Positions 31,878 through 41,837 of a DNA stretch of 64,000 bases are shown here, in pieces. Each line of letters starts with the position of its first letter. Within the stretch, counting starts at the first letter, position 1. The position numbers and the translations under genes were made by a program. The stretch lies in assembly GCA_963745835.1 (NCBI GenBank), contig CAVUZH010000022.1, forward strand, positions 384,001 to 448,000, written 5' to 3'. Below the pieces are notes generated by a model, which was not told the origin of the DNA, did no database searches, and saw nothing but the letters and a program-made list of their open reading frames with translations. The DNA is from an uncultured delta proteobacterium (GTDB lineage Bacteria; Desulfobacterota; Binatia; UBA9968).

Positions 31878-33002
31878 TCAGGCTTCTCCCCGCAGGACAC
31901 GGCAATTTTCTGCGGCGCCCACAAGCGGCTCCGGCCCATGAGCCGCAACGCTATCGAGTATGGCTTCCAGTTGCCGCGCCCTTCTGGCGGCGCAATGCTC
32001 CTCCATAGCGCGTTGCCGCGCGCGCCCGGCAATGCGCGCCAGTTGAGCATCGCTCAATTCCAACGCTGCCATAACATCGGCAGTTTGAGTCGCTACGAGA
32101 ATCTCTTCGCCCGGTTGAAAAAAACTTTCCAGACCGTCCCAACAGTCGGTGACGACCGGCGTGCCGCATGCCGCGGCTTCGAAGAGGCGCCCCGACGGGC
32201 AATAGCCTGACTGCGCCATGGCGCGACGGGTGACGTTGAGAGTCAGGCGTGATGACGAGTAAAGCGCCGGATGATCCGGCGGGGCGATGTGGCGCACGAA
32301 AAAAAGGTTTTGCAGCCAAGCGAACGCCGGCGGGTACTGCGCTCCGGCGATTAGAAAACGCCGCTCCGGCAGGCGCCGCGCCGGCTCGAGAAAGAGCGCG
32401 TTGAGCATTGCTTGGCGATCATCGGCGTAAGTGCCGATATACGACAAGTCGGCGCGGTAGCTTTCCCGCGCCATTACCGGTCGATGCACAGCGGGATCGA
32501 CACTGCCGTAAAGCGCCACCGCCCGCTTGGCGCCGAGCCGGCTCTGGAGCTCCAGCAGCGCGCGCCCGCCGGTAAAACTCAAGACGATGTCAAAATCGCG
32601 CAATCCCGAAGCGCCGATGTAACCGACGCCATGACCGGCTTCGATCCGTTCCAAGGTCACCGGGGTGTCGAGATCATAGAAAACCCTCAAGGGCCGCGAG
32701 CTGACAACGACCTCGGTAGCGGCGATCCCATCCGGACAATAGGACGTCACCATCGCCACCTCGGCATCGGCCAGATGCTGCCGGGCTTGGGAGAGCGCTT
32801 CACTCCAGGTCTCATAAAGAATGAGCTTGCCGCCGGGAATGTCGTGAAAATCGCGGTGCGCCGCATAATAGGCAACGTTCTTTTCGAAAAAAATCACTTG
32901 GTGCCCCAGGCGCGCCAACTCCCGACACAAGCCGCGCCAAACCGTAGCATGGCCGTTGCCCCAGGATGAGCTGATCGTCAGGCCAAAAATAACCAGCTTC
33001 AT
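31878..33002 (-). CDS. CgeB-family glycosyltransferase
   Basis: SSWGNGHATVWRG, FYDLDTPVT, PSGRLFEAAACG. Confidence 0.88.
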   Translation of the reverse strand: MKLVIFGLTISSSWGNGHATVWRGLCRELARLGHQVIFFEKNVAYYAAHRDFHDIPGGKLILYETWSEALSQARQHLADAEVAMVTSYCPDGIAATEVVVSSRPLRVFYDLDTPVTLERIEAGHGVGYIGASGLRDFDIVLSFTGGRALLELQSRLGAKRAVALYGSVDPAVHRPVMARESYRADLSYIGTYADDRQAMLNALFLEPARRLPERRFLIAGAQYPPAFAWLQNLFFVRHIAPPDHPALYSSSRLTLNVTRRAMAQSGYCPSGRLFEAAACGTPVVTDCWDGLESFFQPGEEILVATQTADVMAALELSDAQLARIAGRARQRAMEEHCAARRARQLEAILDSVAAHGPEPLVGAAENCRVLRGEA

Positions 33003-33061
33003 TTTTCCGCCATTCGCAGTATTCCGGATCGCACGCTTGAGGATTCGTTCATGCGTTGTCG

Positions 33062-34186
33062 TTAAGCTCGCTTTCTGACCGGCCGCGGCGTTGCTCTGAC
33101 GGTTGTCGATTGATGATTGCGAATGAATGCTTCGGTGCGCTCGCGCGCTTCGTTATCGGTAAATTGCTGCGGTGGCGATTTCATAAAGTAACTCGACGGG
33201 CCGATCACGGCGCCGCCCATACCGCGGTCGAGGGCCAGTTTGGCGCAGCGCACCGCGTCGATCACGACGCCCGCAGAATTGGGCGAATCCCAAACTTCGA
33301 GCTTCACCTCGCAGTTGAGCGGCACGTTGCCGAAGGTGGTGCCTTCCAGGCGGATGTAGCACCACTTGCGGTCGTGCAGCCACGGCACGTAGTCGCTCGG
33401 ACCGACATGCGCATCATCGCTCGACATTGGGTAATCGAGCTGGCTGGTCACCGCGTTGGTTTTGGAAATTTTTTTCGATTCCAGTCGCTCGCGTTCGAGC
33501 ATGTTGAGGAAGTCGGTGTTGCCGCCGAAATTCAGTTGATAGGTTCGATCCAGGCGCACGCCGCGCTCGCGAAACAGGTTCGCCAGTATCCGGTGCGTAA
33601 TCGTCGCGCCGAGTTGCGACTTAATGTCGTCGCCGATGATCGGCAGGCCGCGCTCTTTAAAGCGCTTACGCCAATAGGGCTGTGAGGCGATGAATACCGG
33701 AATGCAATTGACGAACGCGCATCCAGCTTCGAGGATCTGCTCGACGTACCACTTGGTCGCCATTTCGGAACCCACCGGCAGGTAAGACACAACCACATCG
33801 GTGCGTGTGGAACGCAGCGTTCCGACGATATCGCTGGTTGAGCCCGGCGCCTTGCGGATTTTTTGGCTCAAATATCTGCCGAGACCGTCATGGGTCATGC
33901 CGCGCCGAACTTCTACGCCGCTGCGCGGCACATCGGTAAAGCGGTAGGTGTTGTTCGGTTCGGCGAAAATCGCCTCGGACAGGTCCTTGCCGACTTTGTT
34001 GCTATCGATATCGAACGCGGCGCTGAATTCGACATCACGCACGTGATAGCCGCCTAGGCTCACGTGCATCAGACCGGGCACAAACTGATGGGGATCGGCG
34101 CTTTTGTAAAATTGCACTCCCTGAACCAGGGACGAGGCGCAGTTCCCGACGCCGATCACGGCGACTCGCACTTTTCTGTTGCTCAT
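33062..34186 (-). CDS. ino1: myo-Inositol-1(3)-phosphate synthase
   Basis: [56 protein letters not shown]. Confidence 0.94.
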   Translation of the reverse strand: MSNRKVRVAVIGVGNCASSLVQGVQFYKSADPHQFVPGLMHVSLGGYHVRDVEFSAAFDIDSNKVGKDLSEAIFAEPNNTYRFTDVPRSGVEVRRGMTHDGLGRYLSQKIRKAPGSTSDIVGTLRSTRTDVVVSYLPVGSEMATKWYVEQILEAGCAFVNCIPVFIASQPYWRKRFKERGLPIIGDDIKSQLGATITHRILANLFRERGVRLDRTYQLNFGGNTDFLNMLERERLESKKISKTNAVTSQLDYPMSSDDAHVGPSDYVPWLHDRKWCYIRLEGTTFGNVPLNCEVKLEVWDSPNSAGVVIDAVRCAKLALDRGMGGAVIGPSSYFMKSPPQQFTDNEARERTEAFIRNHQSTTVRATPRPVRKRA

Positions 34187-35187
34187 TCTTGGACGCTCGC
34201 CTGATTGGGGCGCGGTTGTATCCATGATTTTAGAAATCCTTCCGGCCGCTCATCGAGCGCGGCAAACGCGGCGCTGATGTTCTCGAGTGGAAACCCGTGA
34301 GTGTAGAGAGATTCGGTCTCCAACGCCCCTTGCGCCACCCGCTCGGCCGCTGCTTTCATCCCTGCGACATAGCGGCGCGGATCGCGCTCGTGAGCGTTGA
34401 TGACATCGATGCCGCGCCAGTTCCAAAGCTGCATATTCACCCGGCGCGGCGCGTCCTGATGATAGCCCGCAATCACCAGCCGGCCGCGAACACCGACCAG
34501 CTCGCTTGCCAGATCGATCGTCTCCTGTTCGCCGGCGGCTTCGATGACACACGAGCAGCCCGATCCATCGGTCCGTTCCATGACCCGCGCAATCACGGCC
34601 GTCTGATCGCTACTAGCCAATGCCTCTGCAGCGCCGTAGCGGCGCGCCACGTGCAACGCGAACGGGCGTCGCGAAATAGCGAGAACATGCGCGCCCGCAG
34701 CAACAGCAAGCTGGATCAGGAGCGCGCCCAAAAATCCGATCCCCACTACCGCGACCGTCTGCTCCGGTTCGATGCCACAGCGGCGAAAAATATTCATCGC
34801 GCAACCCAACGCCTCGCCCGGGAATATTTCAGTAGTTGCAGGAACGCGCACCAGGCTGTCGGCGCGGGCGATGTCGTACTCGGCGTAAGCTCGGCTGGAT
34901 AAGAAGGCAACCCGCTCTCCGGGCCGGACGCCATCGACCTGCGCCCCGACCAAATCAACCCGCCCCCATCCCTCATGTCCGGGCGCGCCGGGCTCGATCG
35001 GGTAGTGAAACCAGGGCCGGCCGCGCCACAGCGGTAAGTTCGATCCGCAGACGCCGCAACCATCCACTTGAATCCGCACTTCGCCGGCACCCGGTTCGGG
35101 CACCGCGATCTCATCGATTTCGACCTGCCGCGGCGCGACGATTCGCGCCGCGCGCATGGTCCGGCGATTAGAATGATCGAGGTTCAT
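34183..35187 (-). CDS. Zinc-dependent medium-chain (polyol-type) dehydrogenase
   Basis: GVCGSN, GHEGWG, GIGFLG; lacks the four-Cys structural Zn loop. Confidence 0.88.
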   Translation of the reverse strand: MNLDHSNRRTMRAARIVAPRQVEIDEIAVPEPGAGEVRIQVDGCGVCGSNLPLWRGRPWFHYPIEPGAPGHEGWGRVDLVGAQVDGVRPGERVAFLSSRAYAEYDIARADSLVRVPATTEIFPGEALGCAMNIFRRCGIEPEQTVAVVGIGFLGALLIQLAVAAGAHVLAISRRPFALHVARRYGAAEALASSDQTAVIARVMERTDGSGCSCVIEAAGEQETIDLASELVGVRGRLVIAGYHQDAPRRVNMQLWNWRGIDVINAHERDPRRYVAGMKAAAERVAQGALETESLYTHGFPLENISAAFAALDERPEGFLKSWIQPRPNQASVQE

Positions 35188-35190
35188 GGG

Positions 35191-37383
35191 TCAATACGGC
35201 TGCGAGGCCTTGCCCGCTCGTTCTTGTCGATCTTGCGCGACCAGGCCGCTTCTCATTCCAGTTTTCCGTCTGAACGATCCGTTGCGGGAGGCGCCGCCGA
35301 CAACACGAACTTGTTCCAGACCGCGGGCGCGGCGCAACCATTCATAAAGTTTCTGCACGCCTTCTTCGGGATCGACGCGCGGCGCCCAACCGGTTGCGTC
35401 CTGGAACTTGCGGGTATCGGAAACATAGTAACGCTGATCTCCGGCGCGCCAGTCACTGCTTTCGCAGGCCGGGGCTTCGCCATGAAGCTCGACGATCATG
35501 TCGACGAGCTCTAAAAGACTCAGCGCGCGCGGCGGCCCGCCGCCCATGTTGAAAGCCTGCCCGGAAATGTTGCGCATCTGCGAGCGCGCCGCCAAAAAGG
35601 CTTCTACCAAATCGTCGATGTAAAGCACGTCACGCACCTGCATACCGTCGCCGTAGAGCGTCAGCGGGCGGTCTTCGAGCGCACAGATTAAGAAGTGCGC
35701 CACCCAACCCTGATCTTCGTTGCCCATTTGATGCGGGCCATAGATGCAGCTCATGCGAAACACCGCCGCAGGGAGTCCGAAGGTTCGGGCGTAGTCGATG
35801 ACGTACTCGTCGGCCGCTCCCTTGGAGCAGCCGTAAGGGCTGTGCAGATCCAGCGGCCGCGATTCGTTGATCCCATGCTCGCGCAAAAACGGATCGAGCG
35901 GGTGATAAGCGCCTTCTTCGCAGCTCAGTCGGACATTCTCGAGGCCGCCATAGACTTTATTGGTCGAGGTAAATATTAGCGGCGCGGGGTCATCGGCACC
36001 GCGTAATGCTTCGAGCAAGTTGAGTGTTCCAAGCGCGTTGACATCAAAATCGTGGCGCGGGTTGGCCAAGCTGGTGGTGACCGCGACTTGCGCCGCGAAA
36101 TGAAATACCTGTTTGGCATTACGCACCGCGCGGCGCAGCGCGTAAGGATTGCGCACGTCGGCAAACTCCACCTGGACTCGCTTTGCGTGCGTTTCCAACA
36201 ACCATTTCAAATTGCGCTCAACACCCGGGCGTGACAAGTTATCGAACACCAAAACACGCTCGCCGTCGCTCGCCAGACGATGCGCCAAATTGGTGCCGAT
36301 AAAACCGGCGCCGCCGGTGATGACCACCGGTTGAGTCGGCTTGGCGGCGCTGCGGCGCGCGCCAGGATGCGGTTCGAGCGCTTCACACACCGCGTCCAGT
36401 CCGCCCTCACCCCACAGTCGCGCCAGTAATTTCTCGCTACCGTCGCTGCGGCGCAGCCCGAAATGATAATCCCGATCGTCGGCATGAAAGCCATCACGCG
36501 TCGAAAATTCCGGGTCGAGATCGCGCGCCCCGAGCCAGTAAAGTCGCTCCACCGGCGCTTCCAAAGCCCGGGCGAAGGCGCGCAATTGTTCGTACTCGTC
36601 GTGGCGCCAAGTGGAATATCCGGTGGCGCTGATCCAGATTTCAGCGCCGGAACGGTGCTGCGTCAAAATCTGCTGCACGCTCTGAACCACCGCCGGCCAA
36701 CTCTCCCAATTAGCTTCAGAGGTGCCCGGAAATCTATGAATACCGACGGCATCGATGTACTGCATCACGCCGCGCCGGAACATCAATTCGAGCCAGTTAG
36801 GGTCGAACGCATTGAGCCCGGCAAGCAATGTACGCTTGCCGCGTCGCTGCGCCCAATAAGCGGCGCCGCCGATCATGGCACAGAATGTTTGCCAGTGCGG
36901 ATCGAGGGTGCGATCCCATTCACTCAACCGATCGGGCTCGTTCCATAGCTCGATCCATTCAAAACAATTGCCCAGACGGGTGATCAGCACGTCGATAAAA
37001 TCGCCGTAGGCCTTGGGATCCCAGGGCGGAGCCGAGACACGCGGCGCCACCGCCTGCGATAACGGCGTGTAGAGCACGCACGGGATCAGATTCACTTGCC
37101 TAGCCAGATGCGGCAAGAGCCAACTGTACCAGGTTTCGCCTTCGGCGCTGTCCCAATCGGCCCACGACACCGTGGTACGCAGGTCGGCGACTCTCAATTC
37201 GCGCAGATCGGCGAGAACTTTTTCAACCCCGGCGCGATCGCCGATGCGAAAGCTTTCGACGACTCCGATCCGGACTCCGGCGCCATCGTCGGCTTCGGCG
37301 ATTTGGGCGCGCAAACTGGGATGCTTGCAGACATCTGCCTTGCTGCCTGCCGCGCCGTTTCGGCCGGCCCTCGCCTTCTTCAC
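35191..37383 (-). CDS. Fusion of a GH-A-like domain and an NAD-dependent epimerase (CDP-paratose 2-epimerase-like)
   Basis: N-terminal LRTTVSW, WNEP, GIHRFP; C-terminal TGGAGFIG, AAQVAVTTS, STNKVYG, YGCSK, DQGWVAHF. Confidence 0.88.
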   Translation of the reverse strand: MKKARAGRNGAAGSKADVCKHPSLRAQIAEADDGAGVRIGVVESFRIGDRAGVEKVLADLRELRVADLRTTVSWADWDSAEGETWYSWLLPHLARQVNLIPCVLYTPLSQAVAPRVSAPPWDPKAYGDFIDVLITRLGNCFEWIELWNEPDRLSEWDRTLDPHWQTFCAMIGGAAYWAQRRGKRTLLAGLNAFDPNWLELMFRRGVMQYIDAVGIHRFPGTSEANWESWPAVVQSVQQILTQHRSGAEIWISATGYSTWRHDEYEQLRAFARALEAPVERLYWLGARDLDPEFSTRDGFHADDRDYHFGLRRSDGSEKLLARLWGEGGLDAVCEALEPHPGARRSAAKPTQPVVITGGAGFIGTNLAHRLASDGERVLVFDNLSRPGVERNLKWLLETHAKRVQVEFADVRNPYALRRAVRNAKQVFHFAAQVAVTTSLANPRHDFDVNALGTLNLLEALRGADDPAPLIFTSTNKVYGGLENVRLSCEEGAYHPLDPFLREHGINESRPLDLHSPYGCSKGAADEYVIDYARTFGLPAAVFRMSCIYGPHQMGNEDQGWVAHFLICALEDRPLTLYGDGMQVRDVLYIDDLVEAFLAARSQMRNISGQAFNMGGGPPRALSLLELVDMIVELHGEAPACESSDWRAGDQRYYVSDTRKFQDATGWAPRVDPEEGVQKLYEWLRRARGLEQVRVVGGASRNGSFRRKTGMRSGLVAQDRQERAGKASQPY

Positions 37384-38492
37384 AGGGTCAATCCTCGAGC
37401 TGCCAGCTCGGCGCTGGCACTATCGACGTGATCGTTGGCGATCTGCCCTTCGAGCCAATCGGCAAGCTCCAAGACCCCGTCCTCGAGCGTTACCCGCGGT
37501 GCGTAGCCGAGGATCGATCTGGCAAGCGTTATATCGGCAAAACAGTGGCGTATGTCACCCACGCGATATTTACCGGTGATTTGCGGCTCGAGACTTTTGC
37601 CGAGTGCGTCCGCCATCCGTTCAGCTAACTCGGAAATGGTAAAGGCCTGACCGCTGCCGATGTTGAGAACTTTGTCCGGCGCTGCCGCTGCATCAAGAGA
37701 CAATCTGCAGGCCTGCACCACATCTCTGACATTGACAAAGTCCCGTTGTTGTTCGCCATCCTCAAAGATCAGCGGCGCTTTGCCGTTGAGCAAACGAGAG
37801 GCGAAAATCGCCAGCACACCGGTATACGGATTGGATAGCGCCTGTCGCGGTCCGTACACGTTGAAAAAACGCAGGGCGACGGTGGGAATATTGTAGGCGC
37901 GGCCGATCATCAGACACAGCCGTTCCTGAACATACTTCGACAGCGCATAAACCGAACTGAGCGCCGGCGTCTTGGTCTCCGGCGTTGGGATCGGTTCGAG
38001 AGCCGCGCCTTCGTCATCAAGCGGATCCCAACGGGCGGAACGCAGCTGCGTCGGGCTGCGCTCGACGGCACAATGAATAGCTCCACGGCGCGAACGATAG
38101 AGTCCTTCGCCGTAGACGCTCATACTCGACGCAACGATCAGCCGTTCAACTGGACGTTTGATGAGTGCTTCTAAGAGCACGGCGGTGCCGATATCGTTGA
38201 TACTGGCGTAATGCTCGACCTCGTACATGCTCTGGCCAACGCCGACCGCCGCGGCAAAATGATAGACTGCGTCAATTCCCTGCAATGCCCGCTGAACTGC
38301 AGCGCGGTCGCGAACATCGCCGAGCACGAGTTCGACATCAGGATTCAAATATTCAGGCGATTGCTTTTCGGCGCCATGTACTTGCGAGCACAGGAGATCG
38401 AAGACTTTGACGGTATGGCCATTGTGCAGAAGCTCGTCGGCTAAATGAGAGCCGATAAATCCAGCTCCGCCGGTGATGAGAATTCTAGCCAT
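37380..38492 (-). CDS. NAD-dependent epimerase/dehydratase (extended SDR)
   Basis: TGGAGFIG, ASSMSVYG, YALSK, NVYGP..NPYTGV. Confidence 0.92.
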   Translation of the reverse strand: MARILITGGAGFIGSHLADELLHNGHTVKVFDLLCSQVHGAEKQSPEYLNPDVELVLGDVRDRAAVQRALQGIDAVYHFAAAVGVGQSMYEVEHYASINDIGTAVLLEALIKRPVERLIVASSMSVYGEGLYRSRRGAIHCAVERSPTQLRSARWDPLDDEGAALEPIPTPETKTPALSSVYALSKYVQERLCLMIGRAYNIPTVALRFFNVYGPRQALSNPYTGVLAIFASRLLNGKAPLIFEDGEQQRDFVNVRDVVQACRLSLDAAAAPDKVLNIGSGQAFTISELAERMADALGKSLEPQITGKYRVGDIRHCFADITLARSILGYAPRVTLEDGVLELADWLEGQIANDHVDSASAELAARGLTL

Positions 38493-38618
38493 TCAACAAC
38501 TCAGTTCCTCTCGGATTCTTATCCCTGGTGTGGCTACTCTCGGGACAGAACCAAGTTTTTGGAAACGCGAAAGTGATATGAGGTAATGTTTTTTCAGCGC
38601 GTGTTGGCTGGTTGGGCA

Positions 38619-38633
38619 GCAACAAATATGCCA
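38619..38633 (-). promoter_or_regulatory. Sigma-54 -24/-12 promoter of the glycan cluster
   Basis: Minus strand TGGCATATTTGTTGC, about 127 nt upstream of ATG 38492. Confidence 0.75.
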
Positions 38634-39075
38634 CTGAGATACATCGCGCCATGCAACGTAGATGGCGGATCAATGAGAATCTGACGTGTGCATCTCACGC
38701 GCAGCTGGATTGTTGGTCAACGTACATACAATCGTTCAAGAGTTTGTACGCGATCACGATGGATGCCGACGCACTAACAGCAATGATGCTGCTACCCTTA
38801 TTAATATTACGCGAAGTCGTCTTGTACTCGATCGTCCCAAAGGAGAAACTATTAAACATGAATGATGTTTCAATTACGCGATTGATCGCGGCGGCGCGGC
38901 GTGTGCCGATTTGAGGACACGCGCTCCTGCGTTCGAAGCCCGCGTCGTCCAGTATTGCGATGGCCCTCGTTTTGCGCCGACATTAGGACACTAGCGATGA
39001 GTTTAGCCTGCGTGTGCGCCCGGGCATAAGCGGCATGTGATTGCTGCGGACCATTCACAAACATTGCAAAGAAAA

Positions 39076-40224
39076 ATGACGATCCTCACGAAAGATCGCA
39101 TAGGGACTCGTTCATCGCGGGTGCGAGGCGCAGTGGTTCTGTATACCGACCGTGCCTGCGAGCCGCCGGCTCAACACGAGAGCGTCACACGCTCGATGAT
39201 TGCGGCAAAGCTCGCGGCATTGAAGGATTATGAGTTCGCCGGAGATTACGATCCGGCGCGCCGCTACGCCGGTCCATTGTATTTCGTTCCGAGTGACACT
39301 CTCACAGGATCTGAGTTGGTTCGAAAACTCGGTATTCGCGATCATCATGACTTGTTTGGCGGCGTCGTTCCGTATCCGTTCGCTGCAACCAAAACGATCA
39401 CACACCCGTTAGTGTCGAGCGACGCGTTCGCTCCGGAGGGTTGGTCACATGAGTTCGCGCGCAGCGTTCAGGGTGTGGTTCTTTTTGGCTTTTCCGCATT
39501 TGCACCTGCTGACCTGCGTCGCGCAACGGCACGGGTGCTGGCGCGCGGCCGCGCCCGCTTTAAACCGGCGTGTGGCATCGGCGGGCGCGGCCAGACCGTG
39601 ATCACGTCCGCTGCGGATTTGGACGCGATTCTCGATACCATCGATCCAGCGGAACTCGCTCTTTATGGGGCCGTGATCGAACAAAATTTCGATCAGATTG
39701 AAACCTACAGCGTCGGCCAGACTTATGTAGCGGACCTGTTGGCGACCTACTATGGCAGGCAGTTACTGACCAGAGACAACCGAGACGTCACCGTTTACGG
39801 CGGCTCGGATTTAATCGTAGTGCGCGGCGACTACGATGATCTGCTCAGACTCGAGCTGCCGCCAGAGGCGCGGCGGGTGATAAACAACGCGCGCACATAC
39901 GAAGCCGCCGCGTCACGGGCCTTTGCGGGATGGCTAGCCTCCCGGCGCAACTACGATGTTGCGCAGGTCGTCGACGATGACGGGCGCCGTTCCTCCGGCG
40001 TACTCGAACAATCTTGGCGCATCGGCGGCGCCAGCGCTGCGGAGATTGCCGCCCTTGAAGCTTTTCGCGCAGACCCGAGCCTGCGCTGGACGCGCGCGGC
40101 CTGTATCGAGGTCTACGGCCAGCACCAAGTGCCGCCGGAGGCGGTGGTTCATTTCCACGGTGTCGATGATCGGGTCGGACCAATCACCAAATATTCTCAG
40201 GTTAAAGCCTATGCCCATTCATGA
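39076..40224 (+). CDS. DUF3182-like protein (possible ATP-grasp-related fold)
   Basis: YFVPSDTL, DLFGGVVP..ATKTITH, GGRGQ, YGGSDL, SRRNYDV, LEQSWRIGGAS. Confidence 0.78.
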   Translation: MTILTKDRIGTRSSRVRGAVVLYTDRACEPPAQHESVTRSMIAAKLAALKDYEFAGDYDPARRYAGPLYFVPSDTLTGSELVRKLGIRDHHDLFGGVVPYPFAATKTITHPLVSSDAFAPEGWSHEFARSVQGVVLFGFSAFAPADLRRATARVLARGRARFKPACGIGGRGQTVITSAADLDAILDTIDPAELALYGAVIEQNFDQIETYSVGQTYVADLLATYYGRQLLTRDNRDVTVYGGSDLIVVRGDYDDLLRLELPPEARRVINNARTYEAAASRAFAGWLASRRNYDVAQVVDDDGRRSSGVLEQSWRIGGASAAEIAALEAFRADPSLRWTRAACIEVYGQHQVPPEAVVHFHGVDDRVGPITKYSQVKAYAHS

Positions 40225-40972
40225 TGAGCCGATCGAGATCGCGGTTGATGATCAACAGATCGAGGGCCGGCTGATCGCCGGCGTAAGCGCTGGGCCCGCC
40301 GTGCTGTTTGTCCACGGCTGGGGCGGCAATCAACAGCAATACCTCAATCGGGCTCGCGCCGTCGCCGAGCTGGGTTTTATCTGCTTGACGTTCGATCTGC
40401 GCGGTCACGCGCGTAACGATGGCCAACGCGAGATCGTTTCGCGTGAAGACAATCTAAGGGACCTCTTGGCCGCTTACGATGTATTGGCAAGCCGACCTGG
40501 CTCGGACCCCACAGCTCTAGGCGTTGTCGGCAGCAGTTATGGCGCATATCTCGCGGTCATAATGACCTCTCAGCGAGCGGTGCGATGGCTCGCGCTGCGC
40601 GCGCCCGCCCTCTACAACGATGCCAATTGGGAGTTGCCCAAGCGCAAGCTTCATGAAGATCCGGATTTTTGCGCATACCGCAGGCGGGCGGTGGCTCCGG
40701 AGGAAAATCGGGCGCTGCGCGCGTGCGCGGCGTTTGCCGGTGATGTGTTGATCGTCGAGTCCGAGCAGGACAATACCGTGCCGCATCCGGTCATCGCTAA
40801 TTACTTAGACGCCTTCACCCGGGCACGGTCGGTAACGCACCGCTTGATCAAAGACGCAGATCACGGCCTATCCAACGTGTCGTGGCAGCGAACTTCTACA
40901 TCATTCCTATTACAGTGGATTGCAGATCGGATCATCGGCGCAAGCGCCGGCGCGACTTATGCGCACGAGTAA
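40211..40972 (+). CDS. Alpha/beta hydrolase
   Basis: ATG 40211; HGWGG, FDLRGH, nucleophile GSSYG, D..VP, ADHGL. Confidence 0.88.
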   Translation: MPIHDEPIEIAVDDQQIEGRLIAGVSAGPAVLFVHGWGGNQQQYLNRARAVAELGFICLTFDLRGHARNDGQREIVSREDNLRDLLAAYDVLASRPGSDPTALGVVGSSYGAYLAVIMTSQRAVRWLALRAPALYNDANWELPKRKLHEDPDFCAYRRRAVAPEENRALRACAAFAGDVLIVESEQDNTVPHPVIANYLDAFTRARSVTHRLIKDADHGLSNVSWQRTSTSFLLQWIADRIIGASAGATYAHE

Positions 40973-41069
40973 ATGTTCACCGCGTAACACACCGTCGCGT
41001 ATGACACGGCCGAGCTATGAATCGACGGGATTCATCGAATTCGGCGCGATCGCAGCGGGCGCAACTGCG

Positions 41070-41837
41070 ATGAGTTCGGGTTGCAGTCTGAGCGTGCCGC
41101 CGGTGACGGACCAAACATCGCACCGGCCTTGGCCGCTACCAAAATCGCGCTGGATGATGTTCATGCGCTGGCATGATCTGCTGTTTCTTCATTGGCCGAT
41201 TCGGCCCGAATACATTAGGCCGCTGATCCCCGCAGCGATCGAGCTCGATACCTTTGACGGATGGTGCTGGGTCGGAATCGTTCCGTTCCACATGAGCGGC
41301 GTGCGCCCGCGTTACGTTCCGCTGCCGCTGTCATTGCCGGAGCTGAACGTCCGAAGCTATGTCAAAACAGCAGGCAAAAGCGGCGTGTGGTTTTTCAGTC
41401 TCGACGCGGCGAGTTGGATTGCCGTCAGAGTGGCGCGATGGCTTGGCTTGCCCTATTACGATGCGCGCATGAAAGTCGAATCTGTCGCGGATATTATTCG
41501 TTATGACAGTGTCCGCAACCATAAGAACTCTGCGCGCGCGGAGTTCCGCGCCGACTATGGACCTACCGGACCGATTTATCGAGCTACTCCGGGCACGCTC
41601 GATCATTGGCTCACCGAGAGGTACTGCCTGTTTGCCGCATTGAATCCTGATCGAGTGGTTTTTAACGAGATTCATCATCCACCCTGGGCGCTCCAACATG
41701 CCGAAATAAAGTTGGACGTGAACACGATGACACAGTCGATCGGAATCGAACTACCGGAACAAAGACCGTTGGCTCACTTCGCGCGGCTTCAGGAAGTAGT
41801 TGCGTGGCCGATCGTCCCTCTCGCCGCAAATGCCTAG
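41070..41837 (+). CDS. YqjF/DUF2071-family protein
   Basis: HRPWPLP, WHDLLFLHW, ELNVRSYV, GVWFFSLDA, WLTERY; start uncertain. Confidence 0.85.
   Translation: MSSGCSLSVPPVTDQTSHRPWPLPKSRWMMFMRWHDLLFLHWPIRPEYIRPLIPAAIELDTFDGWCWVGIVPFHMSGVRPRYVPLPLSLPELNVRSYVKTAGKSGVWFFSLDAASWIAVRVARWLGLPYYDARMKVESVADIIRYDSVRNHKNSARAEFRADYGPTGPIYRATPGTLDHWLTERYCLFAALNPDRVVFNEIHHPPWALQHAEIKLDVNTMTQSIGIELPEQRPLAHFARLQEVVAWPIVPLAANA

Noticed and set aside
33062-34186. Mycothiol, di-myo-inositol phosphate or aminoglycoside pathway
   Set aside because: No deacetylase, Cys ligase, CDP-alcohol phosphotransferase or aminotransferase in the cluster.
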